Shown piece after piece: positions 10,295 through 20,493 of a DNA stretch of 64,000 nucleotides. The stretch is from positions 704,001 through 768,000 of the forward strand of contig OZ242274.1 in NCBI GenBank assembly GCA_965207375.1, read 5' to 3'. The DNA is from Nitrosopumilaceae archaeon (GTDB taxonomy: Archaea > Thermoproteota > Nitrososphaeria > Nitrososphaerales > Nitrosopumilaceae). Position 1 is the stretch's first letter. Each line of letters opens with the position of its first letter. Below the pieces are notes generated by a model that saw only the letters and a program-made list of their open reading frames with translations, was not told the DNA's origin and ran no database searches. The translations under genes were made by a program, and so were the position numbers.

Positions 10295-10606
10295 TCAAAG
10301 ATTGCATTGTTTCTCATCCTGTACAATTAATGCAGTATCACGCCAGCATCTGGCCTGTTCATAGCCGTGCTTTACCATTAATTCATTAAACAATGTATTA
10401 CTCTTGGTTGGTTTTTGCAGTTTGGTACAGAACTTAATGTATTCTGTATTGACTGCAGCCACCGTAGCATGATTCTCATTTTCCTTTTTTGGTCGTAATC
10501 TAGTCAGTATGAACAAAGTTGCAGTGTCGCTATGGTTCTGCCATAGGTCCTTGACCAGTGGTATATCCTGTGTGTAGGTAAAACCCTTTTCTATCACATT
10601 TTGCAA
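10295..10606 (-). pseudogene. C-terminal fragment of a phage/plasmid primase-helicase (P4/D5-like winged-helix tail)
   Basis: W..HSDT..LF, EYIKFC..LQKP..SN..FN..M..HGY pattern typical of primase C-termini; the N-terminal part is absent. Confidence 0.5.
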
Positions 10607-10633
10607 GTGATATGTGAGTATTCATGTCCTGTC

Positions 10634-10725
10634 TAAATTTTTATTTTATCTTTTGACGGTAAAGTAATTTTATGTCTCAAACTAAAAAATTTTATTTTGA
10701 ATTGAACAATTGTGTATGCAGGCTA
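10634..10725 (-). repeat. Chimeric family-B element (halves A+B')
   Basis: 10632-10677 matches 53318-53363 (41/46); 10678-10725 is the reverse complement of the left half of 792-890. Confidence 0.7.
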
Positions 10726-10759
10726 ATTGATCAATTCAAAATTCGGTTGTGTATAAAAT

Positions 10760-11734
10760 CTAATGAACAGCCTTTTTCATTAATTCAAAATCATTGTCAA
10801 TCATTGTTTCAACAAGCTTGTTAAAAGACATAGAAGGTTCCCAACCTAATTCATTTTTTGCTTTAGTCGCATCCCCTATCAGGGCATCAATATCTTGAGG
10901 TCGAAAATATTTTTTATCAGTTTCAACAAAATCTTCCCAATCCCCTAATCCTGAATATTTGAAAGCATATTCTAGAAAATCTTTTACGGAATAGGATTTT
11001 TTAGTAGCTATTACATAGTCAGATGGTTTGTTCTGTTGTAACATCAACCACATTGCTTTTACATAATCTCCTGCAAAACCCCAATCCCTCACAGCATTAA
11101 TATTTCCTAAAAATATTTTTTTTTCAAATCCATATTTTATTCTTGCAATATTGTATGTGATTTTTCTTGTAACAAATTCCAATCCTCTTAAAGGACTCTC
11201 ATGATTAAATAATATTCCACAGGATATGAACAAATTATATGCTTCTCTATAATGTTGAGCCATTTTATGGGCAAATACTTTAGAAACACCATAAGGACTA
11301 GCTGGATCCATTCGTGAAAGTTCATTTTTTATTTTATTAGAATTTCCAAACATTTCACTTGATGATGCCTGATATACTTTAGTATGAGAGCTGTATGCTT
11401 TAACTGCTTCAAATACATTTAATGCACCAATAGCATTAACATTTGTAGTAAGAATGGGTTGATCAAACGAAACTCCAACAAATGATTGTGCTGCAAGATT
11501 ATACAATTCATCTGGTTGAATGTTACTAATTGTTTTGTTAATAGAGATTGAATCCGTTATATCGGATTTGACGAGTTCAATTTTATCTAAAATAGCAAAA
11601 TGTTCTAATCGTTCAAATAAGCGATGACTGGTTCTACGAAAACCACCATATACTTTATAGCCTTTTTTAAGTAAAAAGTCTGCCAAGTAGGTACCGTCTT
11701 GTCCAGTTATACCTAAAATTAGAGCTGATTTCAT
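10760..11734 (-). CDS. gmd: GDP-mannose 4,6-dehydratase
   Basis: GITGQDG.YL, YNLAAQSFV, QASSSEMFG, SPYGVSK, ILFNHESPLRG.EFVTRK, RDWG. Confidence 0.96.
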   Translation of the reverse strand: MKSALILGITGQDGTYLADFLLKKGYKVYGGFRRTSHRLFERLEHFAILDKIELVKSDITDSISINKTISNIQPDELYNLAAQSFVGVSFDQPILTTNVNAIGALNVFEAVKAYSSHTKVYQASSSEMFGNSNKIKNELSRMDPASPYGVSKVFAHKMAQHYREAYNLFISCGILFNHESPLRGLEFVTRKITYNIARIKYGFEKKIFLGNINAVRDWGFAGDYVKAMWLMLQQNKPSDYVIATKKSYSVKDFLEYAFKYSGLGDWEDFVETDKKYFRPQDIDALIGDATKAKNELGWEPSMSFNKLVETMIDNDFELMKKAVH

Positions 11735-12570
11735 TTTATTATCAATCCGTTTTCAATCAGCTTGTCTAAAAAGTGTTTAAACCCTTTTCCTCCATGTTCA
11801 TGACCTTTCCAAACTTCAATTGCAAAACTTTTATCTTCAAGTTTATTTAACATAGGAATTATTTTTGTAAATGGCAAATCTCCTTCACCAAAAGCTAATC
11901 CTTCTCCTTCCGAACCTTCTGCATCTGAAAGATGATAGTGTGTCACATAATTTTTAATTTTATTTAATTCATCGATAAGAGATACATTAATTTTATTACA
12001 ATATAGTTGAGAATGGCATAAATCAAAACAAACATTCAAATTTGTTTCATTACAGTATTTTATCAAATCTTCAGATTGTAAAAAGACGTTACTATTCCAT
12101 CTGCCACCATAAAACCAAGCATAAGGTGGCATATTCTCAAGCAAAAAATTTACGCCGGAAATATCAAGTTGTTTAACTGAATCAACGATCATATTTTTCA
12201 TTTTTTGGATATTTTCTAATGATAAATCCTCAAGAGAATAACCACCAGGATGAACAATTATACTAGGTATGCCTCTAAAATGGTCTCCTAATTGAATTGT
12301 TTTGTCAATTGCTTTTTGAATCAATTCTATACTAGTTTCTTTTGAATGAATTTGACTGGTTTCTTCCAAAGCGACAAAATCAACAATTTTTCTATCAAAA
12401 TATTCGTAGCAATGTACAATCAATTGTTGTTCAAAATTTGAATCTAATTCAAGATTGAGATCACTGTCAGAAAAGTGAAATTCCAATATTTTTGGATTAA
12501 ATTTCATCATGTCTACTATGTCATGTTTACGAACTTTCATTCCTAAGATCATTTTAACAAAACATTTCAA
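11731..12570 (-). CDS. Xylose-isomerase/AP-endonuclease-2-like TIM barrel protein (NeuB-associated)
   Basis: IVHPGG, LENMPPYAWFYGG, CFDLCHSQL, HLSDA, EG...GEG, EVWKGH. Confidence 0.8.
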   Translation of the reverse strand: MKCFVKMILGMKVRKHDIVDMMKFNPKILEFHFSDSDLNLELDSNFEQQLIVHCYEYFDRKIVDFVALEETSQIHSKETSIELIQKAIDKTIQLGDHFRGIPSIIVHPGGYSLEDLSLENIQKMKNMIVDSVKQLDISGVNFLLENMPPYAWFYGGRWNSNVFLQSEDLIKYCNETNLNVCFDLCHSQLYCNKINVSLIDELNKIKNYVTHYHLSDAEGSEGEGLAFGEGDLPFTKIIPMLNKLEDKSFAIEVWKGHEHGGKGFKHFLDKLIENGLIIK

Positions 12571-12879
12571 ATTACGTTTTATTTATATTGTCAAAATAAC
12601 AGTTAACCCACCAACAATGCAAAATCCTTTGCAATATGGGCAGAGGTGCAGGTTTGATCTAAAATTCTAACATAAGGACAAAATTGAACTAAACGTAGCA
12701 AATTAGATTCCATATCATTATGAGCAAACCAATACAACCGCACTATGAATTACAACTCACTGATTGGATGCGTACTGTGAGTTTTGGCCCAAGATTCTCA
12801 ATCATGTAGTATTATCTAGTTTTGATTCCCCTCTTTTCATATGAGCCTTGTTTGGACTGCTTTTTGATGAATGTCGTTA

Positions 12880-13959
12880 CTAGTGATCTACTGGTGGATT
12901 AACTGTAGTTGAATTCATATCTTCCTCTAGCAGATAATCTCCTTTTCTAATTTTTCGTGAAGATTTTCTTCCAATCATATCGTAAAAATATTGTGCCGAT
13001 AATCCTTTATCTGGACCTTTAACATCCATGTTTTCTTCTGAAAAAAGTTCACCTTCATCAATATCAGACAAACAAACTATACTCTTTGAGATCACTTCTC
13101 TTTGTAAAACTTCTGCACGTGTCATTTTTTTGATTGGTTTACCTTTTGCTTTTTCAGATAGTCTAATCATGGTAACTAATTTTTCGAATTCGTTTGGTTC
13201 CAAAGATGATGAATGATCCAAGCCTTTCATTTTTTTATCAAGAGTGATATGACGTTCTATGATTGTAGCACCAATATTTGCAGCAGTTAAACTTCCTATA
13301 ATACCTGTTTCATGATCACTAAATCCTACCTGTACATCAAATTTTTGTCTAAGTACAGGAATTAAATTAACATTTAGTGATTCAATAGGTGATGGGTAGG
13401 TACTATTTGCATGAAGTAAAATAAATTTTGCATCTAATTTTTTTACAAAATTAACCATTTTTTCTACTTCTTCAATTCTTGACATTCCTGTTGATATTAT
13501 CATAGGCTTTCCTGTTTTTGAGACGTATTTTATTAATGGAAAATTTGTCATATCTCCTGATGAAATTTTATATGCTACTATTCCAAGATTCTCTAAAAAA
13601 TCAACGCTTGGAATATCCCATGGAGTGCACAGAAACGTAATTTTTCTTTTTTTACAATAATTAAAAATATCAAGATAATTTTCATTACTTAATTCTACTT
13701 CTTTTAATTCTGCAAGTAATATTTCAAAACCTTGACTTTCAGAATTTGGATTTTCTAATGCATGTTTTCTGTACAAGCTTTCAAGGTTTCTTTTTTGGAA
13801 TTTTACAGCATCAGCACCTGATTTAACGGATTCGTCAATTAATTTTTTTGCAACAGACACATTACCGTTATGATTTATTCCAATTTCTGCAATAATATAA
13901 CAGGGATGATCCAAACCGATCATTTTATTTTCAATACTTATAGTGTTATCAAATTCCAA
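12880..13959 (-). CDS. neuB: N-acetylneuraminate (nonulosonate) synthase family with SAF domain
   Basis: IIAEIGINHNG, AVKFQKR, KISSGD, LHANSTYP, GFSDHE, IERHITLD, GLDH. Confidence 0.93.
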   Translation of the reverse strand: MEFDNTISIENKMIGLDHPCYIIAEIGINHNGNVSVAKKLIDESVKSGADAVKFQKRNLESLYRKHALENPNSESQGFEILLAELKEVELSNENYLDIFNYCKKRKITFLCTPWDIPSVDFLENLGIVAYKISSGDMTNFPLIKYVSKTGKPMIISTGMSRIEEVEKMVNFVKKLDAKFILLHANSTYPSPIESLNVNLIPVLRQKFDVQVGFSDHETGIIGSLTAANIGATIIERHITLDKKMKGLDHSSSLEPNEFEKLVTMIRLSEKAKGKPIKKMTRAEVLQREVISKSIVCLSDIDEGELFSEENMDVKGPDKGLSAQYFYDMIGRKSSRKIRKGDYLLEEDMNSTTVNPPVDH

Positions 13960-13986
13960 TTTTATTATCTTTTGTATAGTTTGAGT

Positions 13987-15324
13987 TTAATTATATTTTT
14001 TGATTGATGGTAACTTCATAGACCAAATTGTTTTTGGAGGATTTCCATCTAAATTGGCTTCAAAATTATCATTTTTGATTTTATCATTTATTATCTTACA
14101 AACATTTTCAAAAGAATGAAGGGTTTTTTTTATGTCATCTTCTGAATGAGAATAGCAGATATATGATGCGCCTAGAATGGACATAAAAATATTTTGTTTA
14201 ACCATTTCTTGTAAAACAAAAGATTTCATGTGTAGTGATTCAGTACCTGAAGAATCAAGACAACGTAGATTCATACGAACCGGATAGCCAGTCATTTTTG
14301 CATTAATGTTATTTTCATCTGCAATCCTATTCCAACCATTAAATAGGATTTTACCCATTTTCCAACAATGATGAATTGTATTTTTTTCTTTCATTTCGGT
14401 GATTACCGCCTTGGTTCCAGCTAAAGACAATGTTTCACTATTGTTTGTAGATGAAACCCATAAATCATCAAATGTTTTCATGAATTCCGTAGGCCCTGTT
14501 ATTGCTGAAAGAGGCAATCCGTTTGCCATTCCTTTTCCAAAACATACTAAATCACCTTTAATTCCAAGATATTTTTGTGCTCCTTCTAAATCGAATCTAA
14601 ACCCAGTTACTATTTCATCTAAAATTAATAATGAATTATTTTCACTAGCGATTTTTCTTACCTTTTGTAAAAAGTCATTATCAGGTTCTTCAAATTGGAT
14701 GGGTTCTAAAACAATTGCTGCAATTTTATTTTGATTATCTTCAAAAATTTGTTCGAGTCCCTCAGAATCGTTATAGTCAAAAATTTTGATTAGATTCTCA
14801 TTAAATTTTGGAACACCACCATCTCTACTAACCATGGCTGCTTGCCAATCGTGCCAGACTCCACCTGTTCCACAATATGCTATAATGTCTTTTTTTGTAA
14901 ATGCTCTTGCAGCTCTAACTGCAGCTGTAACAGCGTTTGAACCAGATTTTTCAAATTTAACCATATCAGCAAATGGAATTACTTGACTTATCAACTCAGA
15001 TAATTCAACTTCAATTTTGTGAGGTATCGAAAATAAAATCCCTTGATCTAATTGATCCTTTATTGCTTGATTCACTGAATTATAATTATAACCTAAAGTT
15101 ATAGGTCCTAAACCCATTAAATAATCCAGATATTCATTTCCATCGACATCTGTGAAATGAGCACCATTGCCAGATTGAACGTACAACGGATATACATTTT
15201 CTATAAAAGCAGTTGCGGCCCTACTAAACGTACCAGTTAGATGAGGTATAATTTTTTCTGCACGAAGCTTATATTGAGATGAAATATTCAAAGATTTTTT
15301 TTTTGATACATAATTAATATCCAA
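13987..15324 (-). CDS. Class III PLP aminotransferase (GSA-aminomutase-like, polysaccharide-cluster type)
   Basis: DVDGNEYLD, KSGS.A...AVR.AR, LDEIVTGFR, FGKGMANG. Confidence 0.9.
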   Translation of the reverse strand: MDINYVSKKKSLNISSQYKLRAEKIIPHLTGTFSRAATAFIENVYPLYVQSGNGAHFTDVDGNEYLDYLMGLGPITLGYNYNSVNQAIKDQLDQGILFSIPHKIEVELSELISQVIPFADMVKFEKSGSNAVTAAVRAARAFTKKDIIAYCGTGGVWHDWQAAMVSRDGGVPKFNENLIKIFDYNDSEGLEQIFEDNQNKIAAIVLEPIQFEEPDNDFLQKVRKIASENNSLLILDEIVTGFRFDLEGAQKYLGIKGDLVCFGKGMANGLPLSAITGPTEFMKTFDDLWVSSTNNSETLSLAGTKAVITEMKEKNTIHHCWKMGKILFNGWNRIADENNINAKMTGYPVRMNLRCLDSSGTESLHMKSFVLQEMVKQNIFMSILGASYICYSHSEDDIKKTLHSFENVCKIINDKIKNDNFEANLDGNPPKTIWSMKLPSIKKYN

Positions 15325-15555
15325 GTTAATTTAAAATAATTTTCAATGATATTTGTTCTTTTCCAATGAATGTTCTGTTGGGTTAAAGAGTTCTAAACCA
15401 AATTTTCTTTGTAAAGTGAGACATTTTGAAAAGTGTGATCATTTGTTTTTACCATCAACTTTGATTAATGTCTGTTCTACAGGTGTTTTTCCAAGTGAGC
15501 CATGCTTTTTTTGTGAAATTATAGTATGTCTTCATTTCATCAATTATTGGAGGAT

Positions 15556-15654
15556 CAAATTTCTTGTATCTGTTAACGTTGTTTTGAATTTATGATAATT
15601 TCAGGCTGGAAATTAAGCATTTTTGATTAAAAATTTGATTATACATAAGATCTA
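15556..15654 (+). repeat. Chimeric family-B element (halves A'+B)
   Basis: 15556-15602 matches the reverse complement of 53364-53410 (41/47); 15603-15654 matches 55919-55970 (46/52). Confidence 0.72.
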
Positions 15655-15663
15655 TTGTACATG

Positions 15664-15766
15664 CAGCTAAACAAAATGTGGGTAAAATAGGCAAAAATCT
15701 GCCCAGAAATGCAAGCAGAGCGACAGAGGTGGGGGACAAGAATTTGCGTCACATTTCGCTTAGCTG
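15664..15766 (+). mobile_element. ISH3-derived MITE (family A), 103 bp
   Basis: ISH3-type TIRs; 5-bp TSD ACATG on both sides. Confidence 0.9.
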
Positions 15767-15785
15767 ACATGAGTTTACTGATTGG

Positions 15786-16793
15786 TTAACTTTCGATGAT
15801 GACTTTTTCCCCTTTTTTGCTACTTAATTCAATTGCATCCAGAATCTTGAGAATTTGTAGATCTTGCTCTAAACTGAACGGATAACTTTGTTTGTGTTTT
15901 ACTGACAGTAAAAATTCTTTCATTTCTCTCTCATATGTTGTTTCAGAAGGAGTATTTACAGCATAACCAGCTGCAACTTTACCCATGTTGATTTTTTTTG
16001 TTTTCCAATTTTTACCCGTGTTAATTTGAATTACCCCTTTATTGAAATCACATAGAATTACCCCTTTATCGCCTATCAATTTTGTTTCGCGAAAACTAGG
16101 ATTTGCAATTACGTCAAATATGAAAGTTCCAACAATCCCATTTTTAAAATGTGAATGAATTTGATAAACATCATCAATATCGGCATCTAGATTAGAAATT
16201 TTTTCCACATTGGATGATACTGATTCTATGTTAGAGAAAAGATAAATCATCCAGTTTAATTCAAAAGCAACAATTTCTTTTGCACCTCCGGTTTCTTTTT
16301 TAGAAACAAAAAAATTTTTATAATTTTCCCAAGGATGCCATAATTTTAAATGTTGACCATTATAGTGATGAATTTGTAATATTTTTCCAATTTTCTTTTT
16401 ATCCAATAATTTTTCTAATTCTAAAACTATCTGATGATAACGCATTGTACATGATGGAGCTGCCAGAATCTTTTTACCTTTAGTTTTTTTAATTATTTGT
16501 TTGACATGATTAGATGAGTGGTTTAGTTCCATAAAAAAATCAATGTTATTTTTTATTGCCAATATTGCATATTTTAAATGTAAATCCGGAGGTGTTGAAA
16601 TTACTATGGCACTTATATTTTGCTTTAATGCATCATTAATATTTTTAAAAGTTTTAATGTTGTATTTTTTTGAAGATTCTTCTCTTCTAGTTTTTTGTAT
16701 GTCATAACCTAGTATGTCAGAATATCCTAATTTTTGAAGGTTCCTTATTCTTCGTTTTCCCATTGAGCCTAGTCCTATAACTAATAGTTTCAA
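15786..16793 (-). CDS. Gfo/Idh/MocA family oxidoreductase
   Basis: VIGLGSMGKRR, STPPDLH, WHPWENY, TGGAKE. Confidence 0.88.
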   Translation of the reverse strand: MKLLVIGLGSMGKRRIRNLQKLGYSDILGYDIQKTRREESSKKYNIKTFKNINDALKQNISAIVISTPPDLHLKYAILAIKNNIDFFMELNHSSNHVKQIIKKTKGKKILAAPSCTMRYHQIVLELEKLLDKKKIGKILQIHHYNGQHLKLWHPWENYKNFFVSKKETGGAKEIVAFELNWMIYLFSNIESVSSNVEKISNLDADIDDVYQIHSHFKNGIVGTFIFDVIANPSFRETKLIGDKGVILCDFNKGVIQINTGKNWKTKKINMGKVAAGYAVNTPSETTYEREMKEFLLSVKHKQSYPFSLEQDLQILKILDAIELSSKKGEKVIIES

Positions 16794-16795
16794 AG

Positions 16796-17566
16796 TTAAT
16801 TTCTTTCCTTGGGATCCTTTAATGTCAAATCAGTCATTTTATTCTTAAAATTTTTTTGCCATCTTTCATCAATACCGTCAATAATTTTTATTAAATGTGG
16901 TTGATGTTCAAACAATGTAATTATATCTTTTAAATGAAAATCATTTCCTATAGAATGGAATATTTTTTTGGCTAATTCATAATCTTCCTCATAATCTAAA
17001 GTTAGACGTAATTTTTTAAAGAGTTTCATATCTTTTTTAGGTTTAATGTACGTGCAATTAAAAATATTAGTTTGTGTAAAAAATTCTCTATAACCAGTTT
17101 CAGTATTATTAGACATTTTAATTTTACAAATTTTTTCCAATGCTGTTCGCGTAACACCAACAGGAACAAATCCATGAGGAAATCCATCACTTGTTATAAA
17201 ATCAGCATTTGTTTTTTCATATTCTTCAATTACTCTATCTATGAAGTAAGGATCAGTGTAAATATCATCTCCATCAACAACAACAGCAAAATCAATTTTG
17301 AAAAAAGTTGCTGCATCTCGTAATCGAATTAATATATCATGTTCATTTCCTCGAAAATATTTAATATTTTGTCTTTCTAAAAAAGATATCAATAGGTCAT
17401 CACTTTTTTTCTCAGTAGTACAAACAATTAGATTTTGAACTCTATTAGATTTTTGAAGACGACTTAACAGATATTGGATTATAGGCTTATCATTAACTAC
17501 TTTCATAGCTTTTCTTGGCAATCTAGAGCTATCTAACCTAACTAGCAGAAAAATACCGTAATTCAT
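16796..17566 (-). CDS. SpsF-like cytidylyltransferase (CTP_transf_3)
   Basis: RLDSSRLPRKAM, FRGNEHDIL.R, DGDD, LRLTLDYEED. Confidence 0.88.
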   Translation of the reverse strand: MNYGIFLLVRLDSSRLPRKAMKVVNDKPIIQYLLSRLQKSNRVQNLIVCTTEKKSDDLLISFLERQNIKYFRGNEHDILIRLRDAATFFKIDFAVVVDGDDIYTDPYFIDRVIEEYEKTNADFITSDGFPHGFVPVGVTRTALEKICKIKMSNNTETGYREFFTQTNIFNCTYIKPKKDMKLFKKLRLTLDYEEDYELAKKIFHSIGNDFHLKDIITLFEHQPHLIKIIDGIDERWQKNFKNKMTDLTLKDPKERN

Positions 17567-17734
17567 GATTTATTCAATATTGTATTTAATAAAAAATTTG
17601 TTTTTTAAAAATCCTATGTAGCCATGAAAGTAGTTTATCTCTGTAATACTGCCATAATTTACAAGTGTATGTTGCATCATGTTACCTCCTTATTTTATGA
17701 GGTTTTGTACATTTCTACTCCACGTATGTATTGT

Positions 17735-17835
17735 CAGCTAAGCGAAATGTGACCTAAATTCTTACCTCGCCTCTGTTGTTCTGTTTGCATTTCGGAATAG
17801 ATTTTGGCCTATTTTGCACACATTTCGTTTAGCTG
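17735..17835 (-). mobile_element. ISH3-derived MITE (family A), 101 bp
   Basis: ISH3-type TIRs; 5-bp TSD ATTGT on both sides. Confidence 0.9.
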
Positions 17836-18048
17836 ATTGTGCTAGACAGTTATTTATCCGATACAAAGTTTTCACCTAGATTTGAAAATTAGACCTTTGC
17901 ATAGCAATCATAAAAAAGAATGGAACTATAATCTTGGAAATATGTACGTGTATCGGCCAGGACAACAATCTAGTCACTTGTGACATCAATATGCCTATCT
18001 CTTTTTATGTGGAAATGAACCCATTCATTCAAGTTAGGATTGAAGTAA

Positions 18049-19464
18049 ATGAATAAAATAGATCTAAAACAATTAGAGACATACTTATCAGATTTATTTC
18101 CGATTTGTAGAAGCATAACCGGAAACGGGGTTAGAGATACATTAGAAAGACTAAACGAAATTGCAGAATTTCAAATAAAAGAAATTCCTTCTGGAAAAGA
18201 ATGTTATGATTGGACCATACCTAATGAATGGAATATTTTTGATGCATATGTTGAGAATTCAAAAGGAGAGAAAATCGTAGATTTTAAAAAAAATAATCTG
18301 CACCTAGTAAATTACAGTATTCCTATTGATGAAATAGTTTCTTATGAAGAATTACATGAGCATATATACACACTGCCTGATTTGCCTGATGCTATACCAT
18401 ATAGAACATCATATTATAAAGAGGATTGGGGATTTTGTTTGTCACACAACCAATTATCCAAATTAAACAAAGATGAAAAATTTCATATCAAGATAGATGC
18501 TACACTCAAACCTGGAAAATTAACCTATGGAGAATTTTTAATAAATGGAAAGTCTGATAAGGAATTTTTGTTTTCCACGTATTGTTGCCATCCTTCTTTA
18601 GCTAATGATAATTTATCCGGACCGCTATTATGGACTTATTTATTGAAAAAATTACAAAACCAAGAACCCCATCATAATTATCGATTCATCATTGTTCCAG
18701 AAACAATCGGAGCAATAGCCTACCTGCATCAAAATGAAAAGATCATGAAGGAGATCAATGGCGGATTTATTCTCACTTGTGTTGGAAGTCCAAATAATTT
18801 TAGCTATAAAAATACAATTGACGGAAATGATCCAATTGACAAAATTGTTTATAACGTTTTTGACAATAAAGGAATCAATCCCATTTCCTATCCTTTTGAT
18901 GTCAATGGAAGTGATGAAACACACTATTCTGCTCCATTTTTTAGAATTCCAATCGGTACTATTTGCAAAGATAAATACTATGAATTTCCATATTATCATA
19001 CATCCTTTGATGATCTTGACTTTGTGAAACCAATACACATTGAAGAAACTTATAGAATTTATGAAAATGTTCTTGAAAATATAGAATTAAAATTTGAATC
19101 ACTTCAAGCACTAGGGAAAAATCATGTTAAAATAAATGCAAACGAAGAGATATACACTTCGTTGCATCCTTACTGTGAACCCATGCTAAGCAAAAGAGGA
19201 CTGTATCCTACAATTGGCGGTAAAATAAAACAACAGGTAGAAAATATTGAAACAGAGCATCTACAAAGAAATTACAAAATTGATAAAAATACAGTCACAT
19301 CAGGAACAGAATTAGATTCTATCGGATGGTTGATGCTATTAAGTGATGGAATGACTAGCATTTCTGATATTTCTAAAAGAATAAAAATCTCAGAAGATAT
19401 TCTAAAAAAAGTTGCACAAAAATTGGTCAGTCATAATTTATTAAAAGTAAGGAGCAAATCATGA
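18049..19464 (+). CDS. DUF4910/DUF2172 aminopeptidase-like polysaccharide biosynthesis protein with C-terminal HTH
   Basis: LFPICRSITGNGVR, DWTIPNEW, AIPYRTSYY, CHPSLANDNLSG, GSDE, YHTS.D, CEPMLSKRGLY. Confidence 0.88.
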   Translation: MNKIDLKQLETYLSDLFPICRSITGNGVRDTLERLNEIAEFQIKEIPSGKECYDWTIPNEWNIFDAYVENSKGEKIVDFKKNNLHLVNYSIPIDEIVSYEELHEHIYTLPDLPDAIPYRTSYYKEDWGFCLSHNQLSKLNKDEKFHIKIDATLKPGKLTYGEFLINGKSDKEFLFSTYCCHPSLANDNLSGPLLWTYLLKKLQNQEPHHNYRFIIVPETIGAIAYLHQNEKIMKEINGGFILTCVGSPNNFSYKNTIDGNDPIDKIVYNVFDNKGINPISYPFDVNGSDETHYSAPFFRIPIGTICKDKYYEFPYYHTSFDDLDFVKPIHIEETYRIYENVLENIELKFESLQALGKNHVKINANEEIYTSLHPYCEPMLSKRGLYPTIGGKIKQQVENIETEHLQRNYKIDKNTVTSGTELDSIGWLMLLSDGMTSISDISKRIKISEDILKKVAQKLVSHNLLKVRSKS

Positions 19465-20252
19465 GGATCATAATTATCACAGGAAACCATCCTAGACATC
19501 TATTTTTCTTAAATTCAATCCACAAAAAGTATTCACTATCAGGAATGATTCTTCAAAGAAGAGAGAATATCATTCCTGAGCCAGATAAAGAACTAGAGCA
19601 AATTGATAAAGAAAATTTCATAAAGCATTTTCAAAATCGCCAAAAGACAGAAGCAAGTTATTTCGACACTACCACAATTCCCTCAATAAACAGACTAGAT
19701 GTAACAGATGAATCTTTAAACAGTGAGAAAAGTGCCAGATTTGTCAAAAAAATTAATCCAAATGTAGCTTTGATTTTTGGAACTAATTTGATCAAAGAGC
19801 CATTGTTTTCAGCATTGCCAAGACATGCAATCAATCTTCATTTAGGATTGTCACCTAGATACAGAGGTTCTGCCACATTATTTTGGCCATTTTATTTTAT
19901 GGAACCGTCATATGTAGGAAGTACATTTCATTACATCATAGAAGAACCAGATGCAGGAAATATCATTCATCAATCTATACCCCAATTAGAAATAAAAGAT
20001 GGAATTCATGATGTAGCTTGTAAAACAGTAATTCAATCCTCTAAAGATATTATAAAATTATTGGAAATTTTTGAAAGACATGGAGGGTGGAAAATTTTTA
20101 AACAAAAAGGTACAGGAAAAAATTTTCTTGATAGTGATTTTAAACCACAACATCTCAGAGTAGTGTATAATATTTTTAATGATCAACTAGTAAAAGAATA
20201 TCTTACAGGTAATGTATCATGTAAAATACCACGACTATTTAGGCAATTCTAA
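19461..20252 (+). CDS. Formyltransferase family protein (sugar N-formyltransferase)
   Basis: INLHLGLSPRYRG, GSTFH...DAGNII. Confidence 0.85.
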   Translation: MRIIIITGNHPRHLFFLNSIHKKYSLSGMILQRRENIIPEPDKELEQIDKENFIKHFQNRQKTEASYFDTTTIPSINRLDVTDESLNSEKSARFVKKINPNVALIFGTNLIKEPLFSALPRHAINLHLGLSPRYRGSATLFWPFYFMEPSYVGSTFHYIIEEPDAGNIIHQSIPQLEIKDGIHDVACKTVIQSSKDIIKLLEIFERHGGWKIFKQKGTGKNFLDSDFKPQHLRVVYNIFNDQLVKEYLTGNVSCKIPRLFRQF

Positions 20253-20493
20253 TTTTACAACAGAAATTTTTTGGAGATGAAATGTATTAAATGCGAGTTT
20301 GACATTTATGATTGACTCGAGTTGATATCACCAATGGTCTCTAACCTTACTGTACGGTACCAATACCAAAAAATTATGAATTAAGTCAATTTAGATGTAG
20401 GCCAGTACCAGGCACGTAGTAAGAGTACTTTTCAATAGGGGAATTAATGTTGAAAATCTCTTTCAAAATCTGTAAATATTGATCTAGTGTCTA

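Noticed and set aside
13987-15324. Calling the class III aminotransferases hemL
   Set aside because: Two paralogs in a sugar-pathway context with an altered motif; no tetrapyrrole genes nearby.
15353-15595. 80-aa plus-strand ORF
   Set aside because: Overlaps a repeat element and has no protein-like motif; likely spurious.
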